Shown piece by piece: positions 43,075 to 56,330 of a stretch of DNA of 64,000 nt. Within the stretch, counting starts at the first letter, position 1, and each line of letters starts with the position of its first letter. The position numbers and the translations under genes are program-made. The notes beneath the pieces were generated by a model that ran no database searches, had not been told where the DNA came from, and was given only the letters and a program-made list of their open reading frames with translations. The DNA comes from Octopus vulgaris (lineage: Eukaryota), in NCBI GenBank assembly GCA_951406725.2, contig OX597818.1, forward strand, positions 84,320,001-84,384,000, read 5' to 3'.

Positions 43075-44319
43075 AGGGGGAGAATAATAAAAATTAAAAA
43101 GTAAACAAATAAAATAAAGGAATAGAAATAGGAAAGAAATTTCAAAGCAACAATGCTCTTCTCAATACGTGTGACATACCGGTTAAGACCATCTTTTATA
43201 GTTCCTGCATAGATGGTAATCTAGGGTCAACCTTAAATAATTTTTTAGTGCCTTTCTTGATCATTGCAGGTGCTCCTACAATCATTGGTTTGGTATTGCA
43301 ACCGTCTTCGGATGGCACATCTTTTCGATTTCGATTACCAAATCTTCATATTTTCTGAGCTTATCAAATTCTTTTGTCAAGATATTATGGCCACAGGGTA
43401 TGGTCACGTCAATCAATAAACAATCTTTATTGTTTTGGTCTTTCACAACACTATCTGGTTTATTTGCTTTATTGGTCCTGTCTGTACATATCGGAAAGTC
43501 CCAAAGGATATTTACATTTTCTTCCTTAGTTAAATCCTCAGGTTGGTGCTTGTACCATTTGTCAGCAGTTTTGATTTTATAATGCCGAGACATTATCCGA
43601 TGTAGATACTGGCCAACTCTGTCATGTCTTGATTTGTACCCTACAGGTGCTAGAGCCTTACATCCAGAGATTAGGTAGTCCACTATTTCTATCCCATCGT
43701 TGCAGTATTGACACTTTGGATCTTATACTATTTTTGATCACATTGGCTTGATAGTTCAGGTTCAATAAGCTCTGATCATGGGCAACCAAGATAAAGCCTT
43801 CACAATCTGCTTTTAGCTCTGAGCTCCTTAGCCACGGATGGGTGTTCTTCTGGTCTACATCACCTTGTTTGCTACGAGCCACATATTTGCCATGCAGAGG
43901 ATTTTGCTCCCTCCTATCAGCCAATTGTTCAAAGGCATTTTGCTTTGCTATTGATTTCACCTTCTTTGCAACTGCAGTTGCTGCACTTCCATCATGTTGT
44001 TCAACTTGGATATTATGCATAAACTTTTTTTTGCTTTCCTTCATAATAGAATGTAGCTTCTTACGTCTTTCATGGTTTTCAACGAGCTTTACCATCCAGT
44101 CGTTAGATGTTTCCAGATATTTTGCCAGTCCAATTGTGGTGGTTTTGTAGGAGATTTTGAATTGGATGAAGCCTCGACCTCCTTGAGATCTGGGTAGGTA
44201 AAGACGATATGCGTCTGCCTTTAGGTGGTGCATCGTATTGCAAGTCAACAGCTAACAGATTTACCTGTCAATCTTCTTTATTTCGCTCATATTCCAGCTC
44301 AACACATTGAAAGTGTAAC

Positions 44320-44320
<1 letters not shown>
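43075..44320 (-). mobile_element. R4/Dong-clade LINE 3' part (post-RT region, zinc knuckle, restriction-like endonuclease), disrupted
   Basis: RLYLPRSQGGRG, PLHGKY, HDQSL, LISGC..LA...YKSRHDRV, ILWDFPI.TD...NKPD...LIDV, K..KYEDL; the truncated 5' end abuts (TAA)n. Confidence 0.92.
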
Positions 44321-44368
<48 letters not shown>

Positions 44369-44372
<4 letters not shown>

Positions 44373-44724
44373 TCCGCCTGCGCTAAAGCGGAGGTATTGT
44401 TTTCAGTCGTGTTTGTTTGTTTGTCCTCTCAAGAACCACTAGATGAATACCGATGAAACTTTCAGAGATGTTTGATCTCGTGACTGGCACGAACCGATTA
44501 GGTTTTGGGATCGATCCACTACCGGACGAGGATTCTAGATTATTTTTCCGGTTTTTTTTTAACTTAATTTTTGAGAGCGGTCGGGTTCATTGTTAGTATA
44601 CTCGTTTGTGAGAGCAGTCAAGTTTATTTCAGATATTCTCATTTTAAAAATCATCTCCGGCTAATCATTGAGAGGACGTTGGTGTTGCCTTGGCGGAGGT
44701 TTGCACTCTCTGAGTGCTCTTGGT
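44369..44724 (+). mobile_element. Helentron-associated non-autonomous element (HINE/DINE-1-like)
   Basis: SubTIRs acctccgcc and ggcggaggt, 5' local inverted repeat, (GTTT)n, 3' hairpin gcactc-tct-gagtgc; inserted within (TTA)n. Confidence 0.75.
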
Positions 44725-44725
44725 A

Positions 44726-44789
<64 letters not shown>

Positions 44790-45014
44790 ACTTATTATTA
44801 TCTTTGTATATCTGAATAATGCTCATCTTGAGTCATCTTACTTGTTCGGATTCAACAAACTTGAATAAACCGAACCAACATTCCCGGACCAACTAAAAAT
44901 TGCCAGCATCTTCTTAAAACAACCTATCAAAAATATAACGAATTCATATGGTTGTATTTATTTTAGGCGTTAATGAAGCCGAACTTGGCTTGGAATTTTT
45001 GGCAGGAATCGATT

Positions 45015-45475
45015 TTCTCTCACTGACAGTGACGCAATAAACATTGTTTCCACTGGCAGTATTATCAGGAATTCTGTTTCTAACAGTAGTGAAGTATTAA
45101 CAGACTTTTACATTGATTCAGTCGTAGTGACATTTTATTCAACATCAACCCATCAACCAAAGCTTGCCAAAGTAGTGTCGTAACAACGAATGCTTTCACA
45201 TTCACAAACAGTGACTGAATGACCAAAGGCTGCCCGGGTAGTTTTGTAATCATTGACTGTCACAAAAGGATTCACGTAACAAATTACCGTTTCACCGACA
45301 ATGACATAGAAAAATGACTTGCTCTTATAGAAACATAATAACCGGTACTCAAGCAGGCAGTGATTCTGTAACCCATAATTAGGCAGGCAGCAGTGTAATC
45401 ATTCATTCTTATATAGTAATTGACGAATAACCGTTTCTTTCACACACATGCTTGTGAATAACTATCTATTCATCT
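45015..45475 (+). repeat. Highly diverged tandem array with ~30-nt period
   Basis: RTAAC/GTAAT/GTGAC-like word and CAGT/TAGT recur about every 30 nt over about 15 units; judged by eye. Confidence 0.45.
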
Positions 45476-46370
45476 GATATTGCTCTTTACAGATAAATCT
45501 TCTACCTATAGACGTAAATAATAAAATCTGATAAATGCTTTCTCACAAAGTCTTTGATCATTTTGGAAATTGGCAAAAATAATCAGTTTACAAATACACT
45601 TTTGTATGTATATATAAATGTAATTTATTTTTCTTTCAGTAATTATTTTAAGAAACATATTTTTCTTCTTTGTTTTGTATATGAATATCGTTTAAAATAT
45701 GTTAATATAATTTAGAAATTTGTTTATCATTAAAAAAAAACAGAGCAAAACATAAACAAAACCGATTTCAAAAACATGACTTGCTATCATTATGACATGA
45801 TGCATCAGAAGTATGTTTTAAATTTCTTTACTTTCAGATAAATTCAAATCATTTAAAGACATTCATGGTATTCTCACACCACTATTCACCAACTCAGCCC
45901 CATCTAGTGAACTAAACTGCTGCACGATTGCAAAAACATTTTATTTACCTATTGATTGCCCCAAAGCATTTTCATAAGTTTATTGGAAACGTCTATGCTT
46001 GTTTCAAGACCACTAAGCAGCCCCTGTTTCAAACGTTCTGAGTAATGTAAAGCTTTTCTTTCATAAGTCCCAAGCTTCTCTGGTGGTTGAAAATATTTAA
46101 GAATGTGCATCGTATACGATGCATAGATGCCAGAGTACTATGTCCTGCATATGACAGATGATACAAAGGACTGAAAAAGGGTTAAATAGCTTACAATACG
46201 ACTACAGCCACTAGCAAACAACTACCACCATCTGGATATTAACGTATCCTTGTAGTAACACACCATTTCTACAGGAGTCAGATCCAGCCAACAAAACACT
46301 AATGCTGCTAAATTTCCTCCATATTACAAATAGCAAAACATAATCAACACTACAAGTAGTAGTAGTAGTA

Positions 46371-46446
<76 letters not shown>

Positions 46447-46492
46447 CAGCAGCAGCAACAGCAGTAGTAGCAGCAGCAGCAGCAGCAGCAAC

Positions 46493-46534
<42 letters not shown>

Positions 46535-46791
46535 CGTTGCAGTTGGTTGTTTAAAACGACACCAAATGTCTGGTGTCATTTGACAAAATGAAATTACATC
46601 AGCAACTAACAAAACAAAAACAATGAAAAACAGTAAAAATAAACCATTAAGAAATAATAGCATACATATAGCATATATATAACGCTAACAACAAATAATG
46701 GCAAATAACATATATGAAACTACATAACAAAATGCATAAGTAATTATTATTATTTCTACTATTACTACAATCATTATCATTATTATTATTA

Positions 46792-46847
<56 letters not shown>

Positions 46848-47254
46848 AATGTTTTCTTTCAATTCAACAATTCTTTCTTTACTGGAACTGCAAAAAGACA
46901 AAAACAATATGAACATAAATAAATAGATAAATAAATACAGCTTTATTTTCCATTATGCAAAAATATATTATTAATACCAATTGAAAATTACATCGGTAAA
47001 ATTTCGTTTGTTATTATTACTTTTTATATTCTGGTGGTTAGGGTAGTCTTCTTTTTATTTTACTGTATATGAGACAGATTCTATTTTTTTCTTTTTTTTT
47101 ACATTTCTTTCTTTTTCTGTTTTCTTTTCCTAAATCGTACAGAAAATTGTGCACGCAAAACGACGGCAACAAAACAAGTATAAAAGGACAAAACCAATAA
47201 CTAAAATAAACAGCAGCCTTCGCTCACTACAACAAGAATAGTAATAATGGTATA

Positions 47255-48320
47255 AGACCTGCTCAACTGATACATATTTTATCGACTCCGAAAGGATGAA
47301 AAACAAAATCGACCTCGGCGTAATTCGACCTCACACCGTAAAGACGGACGAAATTTCGGTAAGCATTGTGCACGGCTAACGGTTCTACCAGCCTGTAAAT
47401 TGCTAACGGTTCTACAAGCCCGCCGCCTTCACAAAAATGGTAATAGTCCTTTCTACTTTTCTCCTATAGACACAAGGCCTGAAATTTGAGGGAGGGGATT
47501 TCATTGACTCCAAAACTTAACTGGATTAAAGACAAAGTCGACCCCGGTAGAATTTGAACACAGGGTGTAAAGACGGACGAAAAACCACTAAGCCTGCTTG
47601 GCGTGCTAACGATTCTTATTTCTTTATTGCCCACAAGGGGCTAAACATAGAGGGGACAAACAAGGACAGAAAAAGGTATTTAGTCGATTACATCGACCCC
47701 AGTGCGTAACTGGTATATAATTTATTGACCCCGAAAGGATGAAAGGCAAAGTCGACCTCGGCGGAATTTGAACTCAGAACGTAACGGCAGACGAAATACC
47801 TATTTCTTTACTACCCACAAGGGGCTAAACACAGAGGGGACAAACAAGGACAGACAAACGGATTAAGTCGATTACATCGACTCAAGTGCATAACTGGTAC
47901 TTATTTAATCGACCCCGAAAAGATGAAAGGCAAAGTCGACCTCAGCGGAATTTGAACTAAGCATTTCGCCCGGCCTGCTAACGTTTCTGCCAGCTCGCCA
48001 CCTTCACAGGAACAATCATGGTAGCAACAGTAAGACTAGAAGGTATTAAGGACAACGACATCTGAAATAGAAGCAACAAGTCAGCAATAACAGTTCTTTT
48101 CTGCTATAGGCACAAGGCTTGAAATTTGACGAGGAGGATGCTAGCCGTTTACATCGACCTCAGTACTCAACTGGTACTTATTTTATCGACCTCGAAAGGA
48201 GGAAATGCAGAGTTGACCTCAGCAGAATTTGAACTCATAACGTAAAGGCAGGAGAAGTGTCACTAAGCATTTCTTCTGGGTTTTCGTTCTGAGTTCAAAT
48301 TCCGGCGTGCTAGGGATTCT
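47255..48320 (-). mobile_element. Head-to-tail cluster of Meta/MESC-domain SINEs (family C)
   Basis: About five repeats of ccgaaaggatgaaaggcaaagtcgacctcggcggaatttgaactcag. Confidence 0.9.
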
Positions 48321-48365
48321 TCAATAATAACAAGCATAACAGCATTAACTAACAACTAGAGAGGC

Positions 48366-48400
<35 letters not shown>

Positions 48401-48419
48401 TAATAATAATAATAATAAT

Positions 48420-48474
<55 letters not shown>

Positions 48475-49385
48475 GCAATAAAAACAACAACAGCAACAGC
48501 AACAGCAGCAACGAAAATCACAACAACAACAAGAGTAAAAGCAATAAACCAAATAGTATTATCAGAAAAAGAAAACGGCAACATCAACAAAGACTACATT
48601 GACAACGGAAATTCCGACGAAGGCGTGTAAACGCTCGGACGCCATTTTCAATTCAGCGTTATAGATGTTAAAGAAAGACAACTGACTTTAAAACAAGATG
48701 GAGTAGTTGTAGTGCTATAGTAATAGAATACTAATAGGAAATACAATGGCAATAATTGCTAACATTGATAGGAAGAACGCACATTTATGTACGATTGAGA
48801 GACGAGGTAGAGAATAGAGGAGTGGAGCTTGCTAAGTAGAATCTAGTAATACTTGATTGCCATTATTTATTCTATTCTAATTGATGTTGGTATTCTCGGA
48901 GATTTTACTTGTCTAGTAAATAATTTAATCCGAGATCGTGTGTTGAAATTGAAGAGCTCATATTGTTCAAGATTCATATGAAACATTTGATGATACAAAA
49001 ACTGTAAAATTTATATTAAATTTATTTTAAAAGTGTCAAATTTTTCGTCGCTTATCTGCGATTCGATTCCCCATACAGTTTTACTGTAGTTGAAAGTAAC
49101 AGATGCGTGACGAAAATTTTGGCGTTTTATGAAATAATTTAAACGTTAATTGAACATGCATACACACACACATATACACATACATATTTCGTTTTTTAAG
49201 AAAAATGTCCATTTCCTTGGTTTTGTGTTTGTGTTTTCGTTTCTCATTGTGTTCGACGTTTTTTGGTGCCCTGTGCCTATATATGCATGTATATATACAT
49301 GTAGACGTAGGTACGTACATATATGTATATATATATGCATATGTTTTATTTTATTTATTAATTTATTATATACATACATAGATAG

Positions 49386-49524
<139 letters not shown>

Positions 49525-49937
49525 CAACGGTCTTGTTTCATTTTCCGTCAAACAAAATCACTCCCAAAGCGTCCCTCGGCCCGATGCTTTAATAGAAAAC
49601 ATTTGTCCAAAGTACCACGAAGTGGGACTGAACCTGGAACTGAGTGGTTTGGAAGCAAACTTCTTATCACACAGCCATATGTTATGTTATATGGCTTTTC
49701 CCAATTCTGTATTCGGTACGGGTCTATTGTACAATACTTAGGTATATTATACTATAATTATTCTGTATTCTATGTCTCATTTGCGTCTATTCTATGTCAT
49801 AGAATAATTTTCAATTCTATAATATTTCTACGTTTTAAATACTAACGTTAGTAGATATTTCAGATAAACATAACGGTGTTGGTGCGCGTAGGTACATGTA
49901 TCTGCCTAACTTTGTCTATGCATGTGTGTGCGTGCCT

Positions 49938-50039
<102 letters not shown>

Positions 50040-50181
50040 TGGGGGAAATAACACAAGACTGAAAACAATATATCTTCGGTGACAGCATTTATTGCACTAA
50101 CAAAATATTTATCTTAAATAATTGTTTTGAATATATTGTGTGAAATTATTTTTACATACTCATACACGTACACATACACAC

Positions 50182-50233
<52 letters not shown>

Positions 50234-51183
50234 ATGTGTGTGCATGTATGTATGTATGCATGTATGTATCTATGTGTATATATATATATATACATACATA
50301 TGTGTATACATATACACATATATATATATACATATACATACATATACATATATCTATATACATATCTATCTATCTATCTATCGATCTCTCTCTCTCTCCC
50401 CATATATATATATATATATATATAACGCACATACACATGCATATAGAAACCTATTTTTCAATACTACTAGTATGCATCTAGATACAAGTATATAAGTAGG
50501 TTTATGTGCGTATAAAATTTTATGGACATATGTGTGTGTATTTACGTGTATGTGTCCGTTTGTATACAATTGCATGGACACGCGTGTGTATGCCTGTTTG
50601 TGATGATGATGATGTGTGTGTGTGTGTGTCATAATCTTTTCCTCTGTATGTAGACCTGTTCTTATACAAATGTGCTTATGACTTCATACACGCATTCATG
50701 TATATGAATTGAGCTTGATGTGAGATTACACATCTATGAATTTATCGTCCTTGTTAGTAATGTATGTGTTAATAACTTAGAGTGTAAATACTCTAAGAGT
50801 TAATGCTGTATATATACGGGTTAATATGTTCGTATTCATTCTACACAATGTTCAATGTGCATAATGTATGTATAGTAAGAATATTTAATAGTGTACCTGA
50901 GTGTGTGTTATGTGCATTTTAATATTTTATTTATCAACAATGTAAAATGTATATAACGTATATCTGATAAGCTTATGTATATATGTGTATGTCCTTAAAT
51001 GGATGTTGTAACTGTGTTTATTAATGGGTGTTAATATGTTTGTTAACAGCATATGTCTGTATGTCTATCTATTTATCTATCTACACACACACGTATATGT
51101 ACACATATATATATAGAGAGAGAGAGAGAGAAAAAAAGAGAGACACACTATATATACATACATATATATGTGTGTATATATAC

Positions 51184-51219
<36 letters not shown>

Positions 51220-51236
51220 ATGTATATATATGTATG

Positions 51237-51280
<44 letters not shown>

Positions 51281-51723
51281 CATGTGTATATATATATACA
51301 CACACAATATGGGCGTGTTTATGTGTGTCTCATTGCTTGTGTCGGTATGAATACCAAAACACATGCGCACCTTCATGATGTGTGCTTGTGTGAAGACTGT
51401 CCAATAATTTAGTGTCACTTTCAATTTTATCAAAAATGAAATGTTATCTTCATTATCAGCTCAATTTTTCTGTCTCTTTAAAATCTTATTATTATTCTTA
51501 AATGATTGTTTCAGGTGAATTTTTTCTACATGGCGTTTATTTCATTATAAGCTAGTGTGTGTATATATGTATATATACACATACACAAATATATAAATGT
51601 GTGCGCCATATATATATATATATATATAAGTAGACAGAAATCTAGATTGATCGATGCTGTGTGCGTGTATTATATATAAATACATGCATCTATATAGACA
51701 CATACAAGCATACACATGTACAT

Positions 51724-51771
<48 letters not shown>

Positions 51772-52052
51772 TCGCATATGCACCTAGACAGTGCAATTTT
51801 AGTTCATCTATACGAGCTATTTCATCTCTTGGAATGCACAATGAGTCAGCAAGTAGTCGGTGCTATGACTTTATATTTTTGTGAAGTTAAAAATTAATAG
51901 TCAGACAGTACTCGAATAGAAGATCTAAAGTAAAAGAGAAAAAATTTACTCCAAGTTACACTCGTCAGTATCTTGATAGTTTAGTTACTATTGACCGGAA
52001 AAGGACATGTGGGACTGAAAACAGTTTCGTAATATAGTAATATATATATAAG

Positions 52053-52100
<48 letters not shown>

Positions 52101-52169
52101 AGTGTGTGTGTACGTGTGTGTATATGCATGTATATGTATGTATGTATATTTTTATATATATATTCTTTC

Positions 52170-52461
52170 ATTCTTTTATTCTCATATTTGTTTCAATGAT
52201 TCAAATGCGACCACTCCAGAGCATCGCCTTAAAGAGCTTTTGTTGAAGAAATCGACCCCATGATGTCTTCGTTATAAGCCTGCACTTATTCCATCGGTCT
52301 CTTTTAGCGAATCGTTAAGTTACAGGAACATGAACACGCCAGTATCGATTGGCAAGCGATGGTTGGGTAGAGGGACAAACACAGACACACACACATAAAT
52401 ATATACATGTATAAATACAAATAAATAAATACACACACACGTATAAATATATATGTGTATG

Positions 52462-52525
<64 letters not shown>

Positions 52526-52765
52526 AATCATCAGGAAGCACTGATGATTTCTTTTGAATGAAACAGTTCTAGTCCTGTAGAAGCTCCTTCTATAAAATAA
52601 AATATATATATATATACGACGGTGTTCTTTCAGTTTCCGTCTAGCAAATTCACTCACAAGCTTTTGGTCGGCCCGAGACTATAGTGGGAGATACTTTTCC
52701 AGGGTGACACGCAGTGGGACAGAGCCCGGAACTATGTCGTTGGGAAGCAAACTTCTTACTATAAG
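52170..52765 (-). mobile_element. Family A SINE with a hammerhead-like insert in its internal (TA)n
   Basis: Tail 52170-52390, head 52615-52765, insert 52520-52602. Confidence 0.8.
52520..52602 (+). ncRNA. Hammerhead-like motif (CTGATGA...GAAAC) preceded by a 15-bp inverted copy of itself
   Basis: aaaagaaatcatcag-gaagca-ctgatgatttctttt-gaatgaaacag; stem II TTC(TTTT)GAA; stem I not evident. Confidence 0.4.
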
Positions 52766-52814
52766 CAATCTGGAACATTTCATATATTTCCGTAGCGTTC
52801 GTACGTTGTTCTAC

Positions 52815-54042
52815 TTTAAGCATAAGACCCGAAAATTTTAATGAATGGGCCAGTCCATTGGATCATCCCCAGTTCGCAACTGGTACTTAATTCATTGAAC
52901 ACAAAATGTTGAAAGGCAAAGTCGACCTCGGCGGAATTTGAACTCAGAACGTAAAGACAGACAAAATACCTATTTCTTTACTAGCCACAAGGGGCTAAAC
53001 ACAGAGGAGACAAACAAGGACAGACAAACGGATTAAGTCGATTACACCGACCCCAGTGCGTAAATGGTACTTAATTTATCGACCCCGAAAGGATGAAAGG
53101 CAAATTCGACCTCGGCGGAATTTGAACTCAGAACAACTGAATTAACAACTGAATCCACTTTGCCATTACTCCAGATCGTTTTATATACAAAGATTTTACG
53201 TCACACCGGTGAATTTTGATTTGACTTCGACTGAACTCGATCGCGAAATCTCTTGCTGTATTATATGATGCTGAATATGTTATTCTACATTTAATTCGCT
53301 CTCAACTTTTTAAAGAACCGACATGCTCTTTATTTTACAATTTATAGAGTTTGATCATTTATTTTCGGTTATCCCAAGATCACTCGGCAAATACATATTC
53401 ATACTTTTATCTACAGGAGACACTAATAATCATTTCTCATTTTGACTCAAGAGGTAGGGAGGTCAATTACATTGATCCCAGTGCACAGCTGCTACATATT
53501 TTATTGCCTTCGAAAAGATGAAAGGCAAAGTCGATCTCGCTGGAGTCTGAACTCAGAACTTAAAGACAGACATGAATACCGCTAGGCATTCTATCCGGTG
53601 TGCTAACGTTTCTGCTATCTCATCACCTTCCGGTTCACTAACAGTAGTATAAAATTTTGACAAAAATCCAGTAGGTTTGGTAAGGATGTGAGTCGTTTAC
53701 ATCGACTCCAGTGGTCAAATAGTACTTATTTTATTGCCCCCGAAAAGATAAAAGGTAAAGTCGACCTCGGCGGAATTTAAACTCAGAAAGTAAAAAGATA
53801 CAAAATACCTATTTCTTTACTAGCCACAAGGGGTTAAACACAGATGACAAACAAGGGCAGACAAACGGATTAAGTCGCTTACATCGACCCCAGTGGTCAA
53901 ATAGTACTTATTTTATTGTCCCCGAAAAGATAAAAGATAAAGTCGATATCGGCGGAATTTGAACTCAGAACGTAAAGAGATACAAAATACCGCTAAGCAT
54001 TTTATACAGTGTGCTAACAAATTTGCCGGCTCTCCGCCTTCC
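52815..54042 (-). mobile_element. Two tandem clusters of family C SINEs (52815-53135 and 53440-54042)
   Basis: Same unit and same junction as 47255-48320. Confidence 0.9.
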
Positions 54043-54419
54043 GGATGTCTAATAATAAATTTAATTTAATTAAGCATAAAAATAAAAAGTTTTAAGCCTT
54101 TAGCGGTATTCTATTTAAAGAAATATTTTCTTCATATTCTTAAGAAGACAGGCTGACACTTGTTGTATGCTTGAGTGGTTCCGTAGAAACTAACAATGTC
54201 TTCAAAGAGCTCGGTCCTTATGAATTTGCTAATTTTAGATATCACTTTGTCAACACTTCCTGCTCGTTACGAGCTAATTGTTTGTTGAGTGACAAGGGTG
54301 AGTCTTTCTGTTTTTGCTGTATAATAACGGTTAAAGGATGAGAGACAAATGCCAACTGAACACAGCAGTGGTGTACTATATATAAACACTGAAGACAACA
54401 ATGAAGTTGTCTCACATAA

Positions 54420-54455
54420 TTTATTCTTTTATTCGTTTCAGTCATTTGACTGCGG

Positions 54456-54491
<36 letters not shown>

Positions 54492-54690
54492 TTTTATTTT
54501 TGTATCTGTTTCAGTCATTTGACTGCGCCATGCTGGAGCACCGCCTTTAGTCGAACAAATCGACTGGTTCTTTGTAAACCTAGTACTTATTCTGTGTCTT
54601 TCGACAAATCGCTAAGTTACAGGGACGTAAACAAACCCACATCGGTTGACAAGTGATGGCGGAAGAACAAATACACATACACACACACAC

Positions 54691-54721
<31 letters not shown>

Positions 54722-54882
54722 CGACGGGCTTTTTTCAGTTTCCGTCTACCGAATCCACTCATAGGGCTTTGGTCGGCGCGCGGTTATAGTAGAAGACACC
54801 TAGCTAAGGTGCCACGCAGTGGAACCGAACCCGGTACCATGTGGTTGGTAAGCAAGCTACTTACCACATAGCCACTCCTGCG

Positions 54883-54945
<63 letters not shown>

Positions 54946-55157
54946 CATACCCAACCTATTTATCTCTTCTCCTTTCTCAACAAAGCCTTTCGCTCTACTC
55001 TGGCCATACTGGATCACCCCAGGACTTATCTCTTAAGCCTAGTACATATTCTATCGGTCTCTTTTCTCGAACCGTAAAGTTATGGGACCGTAAACATACC
55101 AGCACCGGCTGTCAAGCGGTGATGGTGGACAAATTCAGGCACAAAGAAACACAGATG

Positions 55158-55204
<47 letters not shown>

Positions 55205-55392
55205 ACATATATATATATATACAGATATATATTTATATATACATATGACGGGATTCCCTCAGTTTACACTCAAAAGGCTTTGATTGGCCTGAGGCTATAG
55301 CAGAAGACACTTGCCCTAGGTGCCATGGAGTGGGACTGAACCTGGAATTACGTAGTTGCGAAGCAAGCTTCTTACCACACAGGCACGTCTCT
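54420..55392 (-). mobile_element. Two consecutive family A SINEs
   Basis: Similarity to 55933-56330. Confidence 0.85.
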
Positions 55393-55932
55393 ACATAAGG
55401 TAATGTTGAGTTATTTAACACTAAAACAATTGAAGTAGCCACGATTAGAATAAACTGGAATGTTTTTAAATGAACAGCTGCTCCATGAAGTCTGACCTGG
55501 GGCTAAACAAAAACAGCAATTGCACATAGCTCTGTAACTGTAATGTTAGTGAATGAAATAGTGGTGTGACAATTTCTCCAGTGTTATTATTGCTTTCAGA
55601 AGTGAGTTTATATAACAATCTGGTTATTATTTATTCATATGTTAGGTGGTAGAATCACAAGCACGCCGGATAAAATGCTTTACGGCATTTTGTCCCTTTT
55701 TATGTTCTGAATTCAAATTCCGCCCAATTCCCTCGACCATCCCTTTCATCCCTTTCAGGGTCGATGAAAGTAGTAACAGTTGAGCACTGGCATTGATATA
55801 ATCGACTAGCCCCCTCTCAACAAAATTACAGGCCTTGTTCCTATAGTAGAAAATAGTATTTACTCAATGACTGAAACGAATAAAAGAATAAATAAGGTGA
55901 GACAACTACATTGTTGTCTTCTATATATAAGT

Positions 55933-56330
55933 AGGCGTGTGTGGTAAGTAGCTTGCTTACCAACCACATGGTTCCGCGTTCAGTCCCACTGCGTGGCACC
56001 TTGGGCAAGTGTCTTCTACTATAGCCTCGGGCCGACCAAAGCCTTGTGAGTGGATTTGGTAGACGGAAACTGAAAAGTAGCCCGTCGAATATATGTACAT
56101 GTATATGTTTGTGTGCGTTTTTTTTGTGTCTGGGTTTGTCCCACCAACATCGCTTGACAACCGATGCTGGTGCGTTTACGTCACCGTAACCTAGCGGTTC
56201 GGCAAAAGCGACCGATAGAATAAGTACTGGGCTTACAAAGAATAAGTCCTGGAGCCGATTTGCTCGACTACAGGCGGTGCTCCAGCATGGCCGCAGTCAA
56301 ATGTCTGAAACAAGTAAAAGAGTAAAGAGT
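55933..56330 (+). mobile_element. Best-preserved family A tRNA-derived SINE (octopus-type)
   Basis: Pol III A/B-box head (tgtggtaag...gttcagtccc), CORE-like ggcaccttgggcaagtgtctt, short internal TG/TA tract, 3' tail ending aagtaaaagagtaaagag. Confidence 0.92.

Noticed and set aside
45015-48320. Possible CRISPR-like arrays (30-nt periodic region; repeated SINE units)
   Set aside because: No conserved repeat with unique spacers, no cas genes, eukaryotic context.
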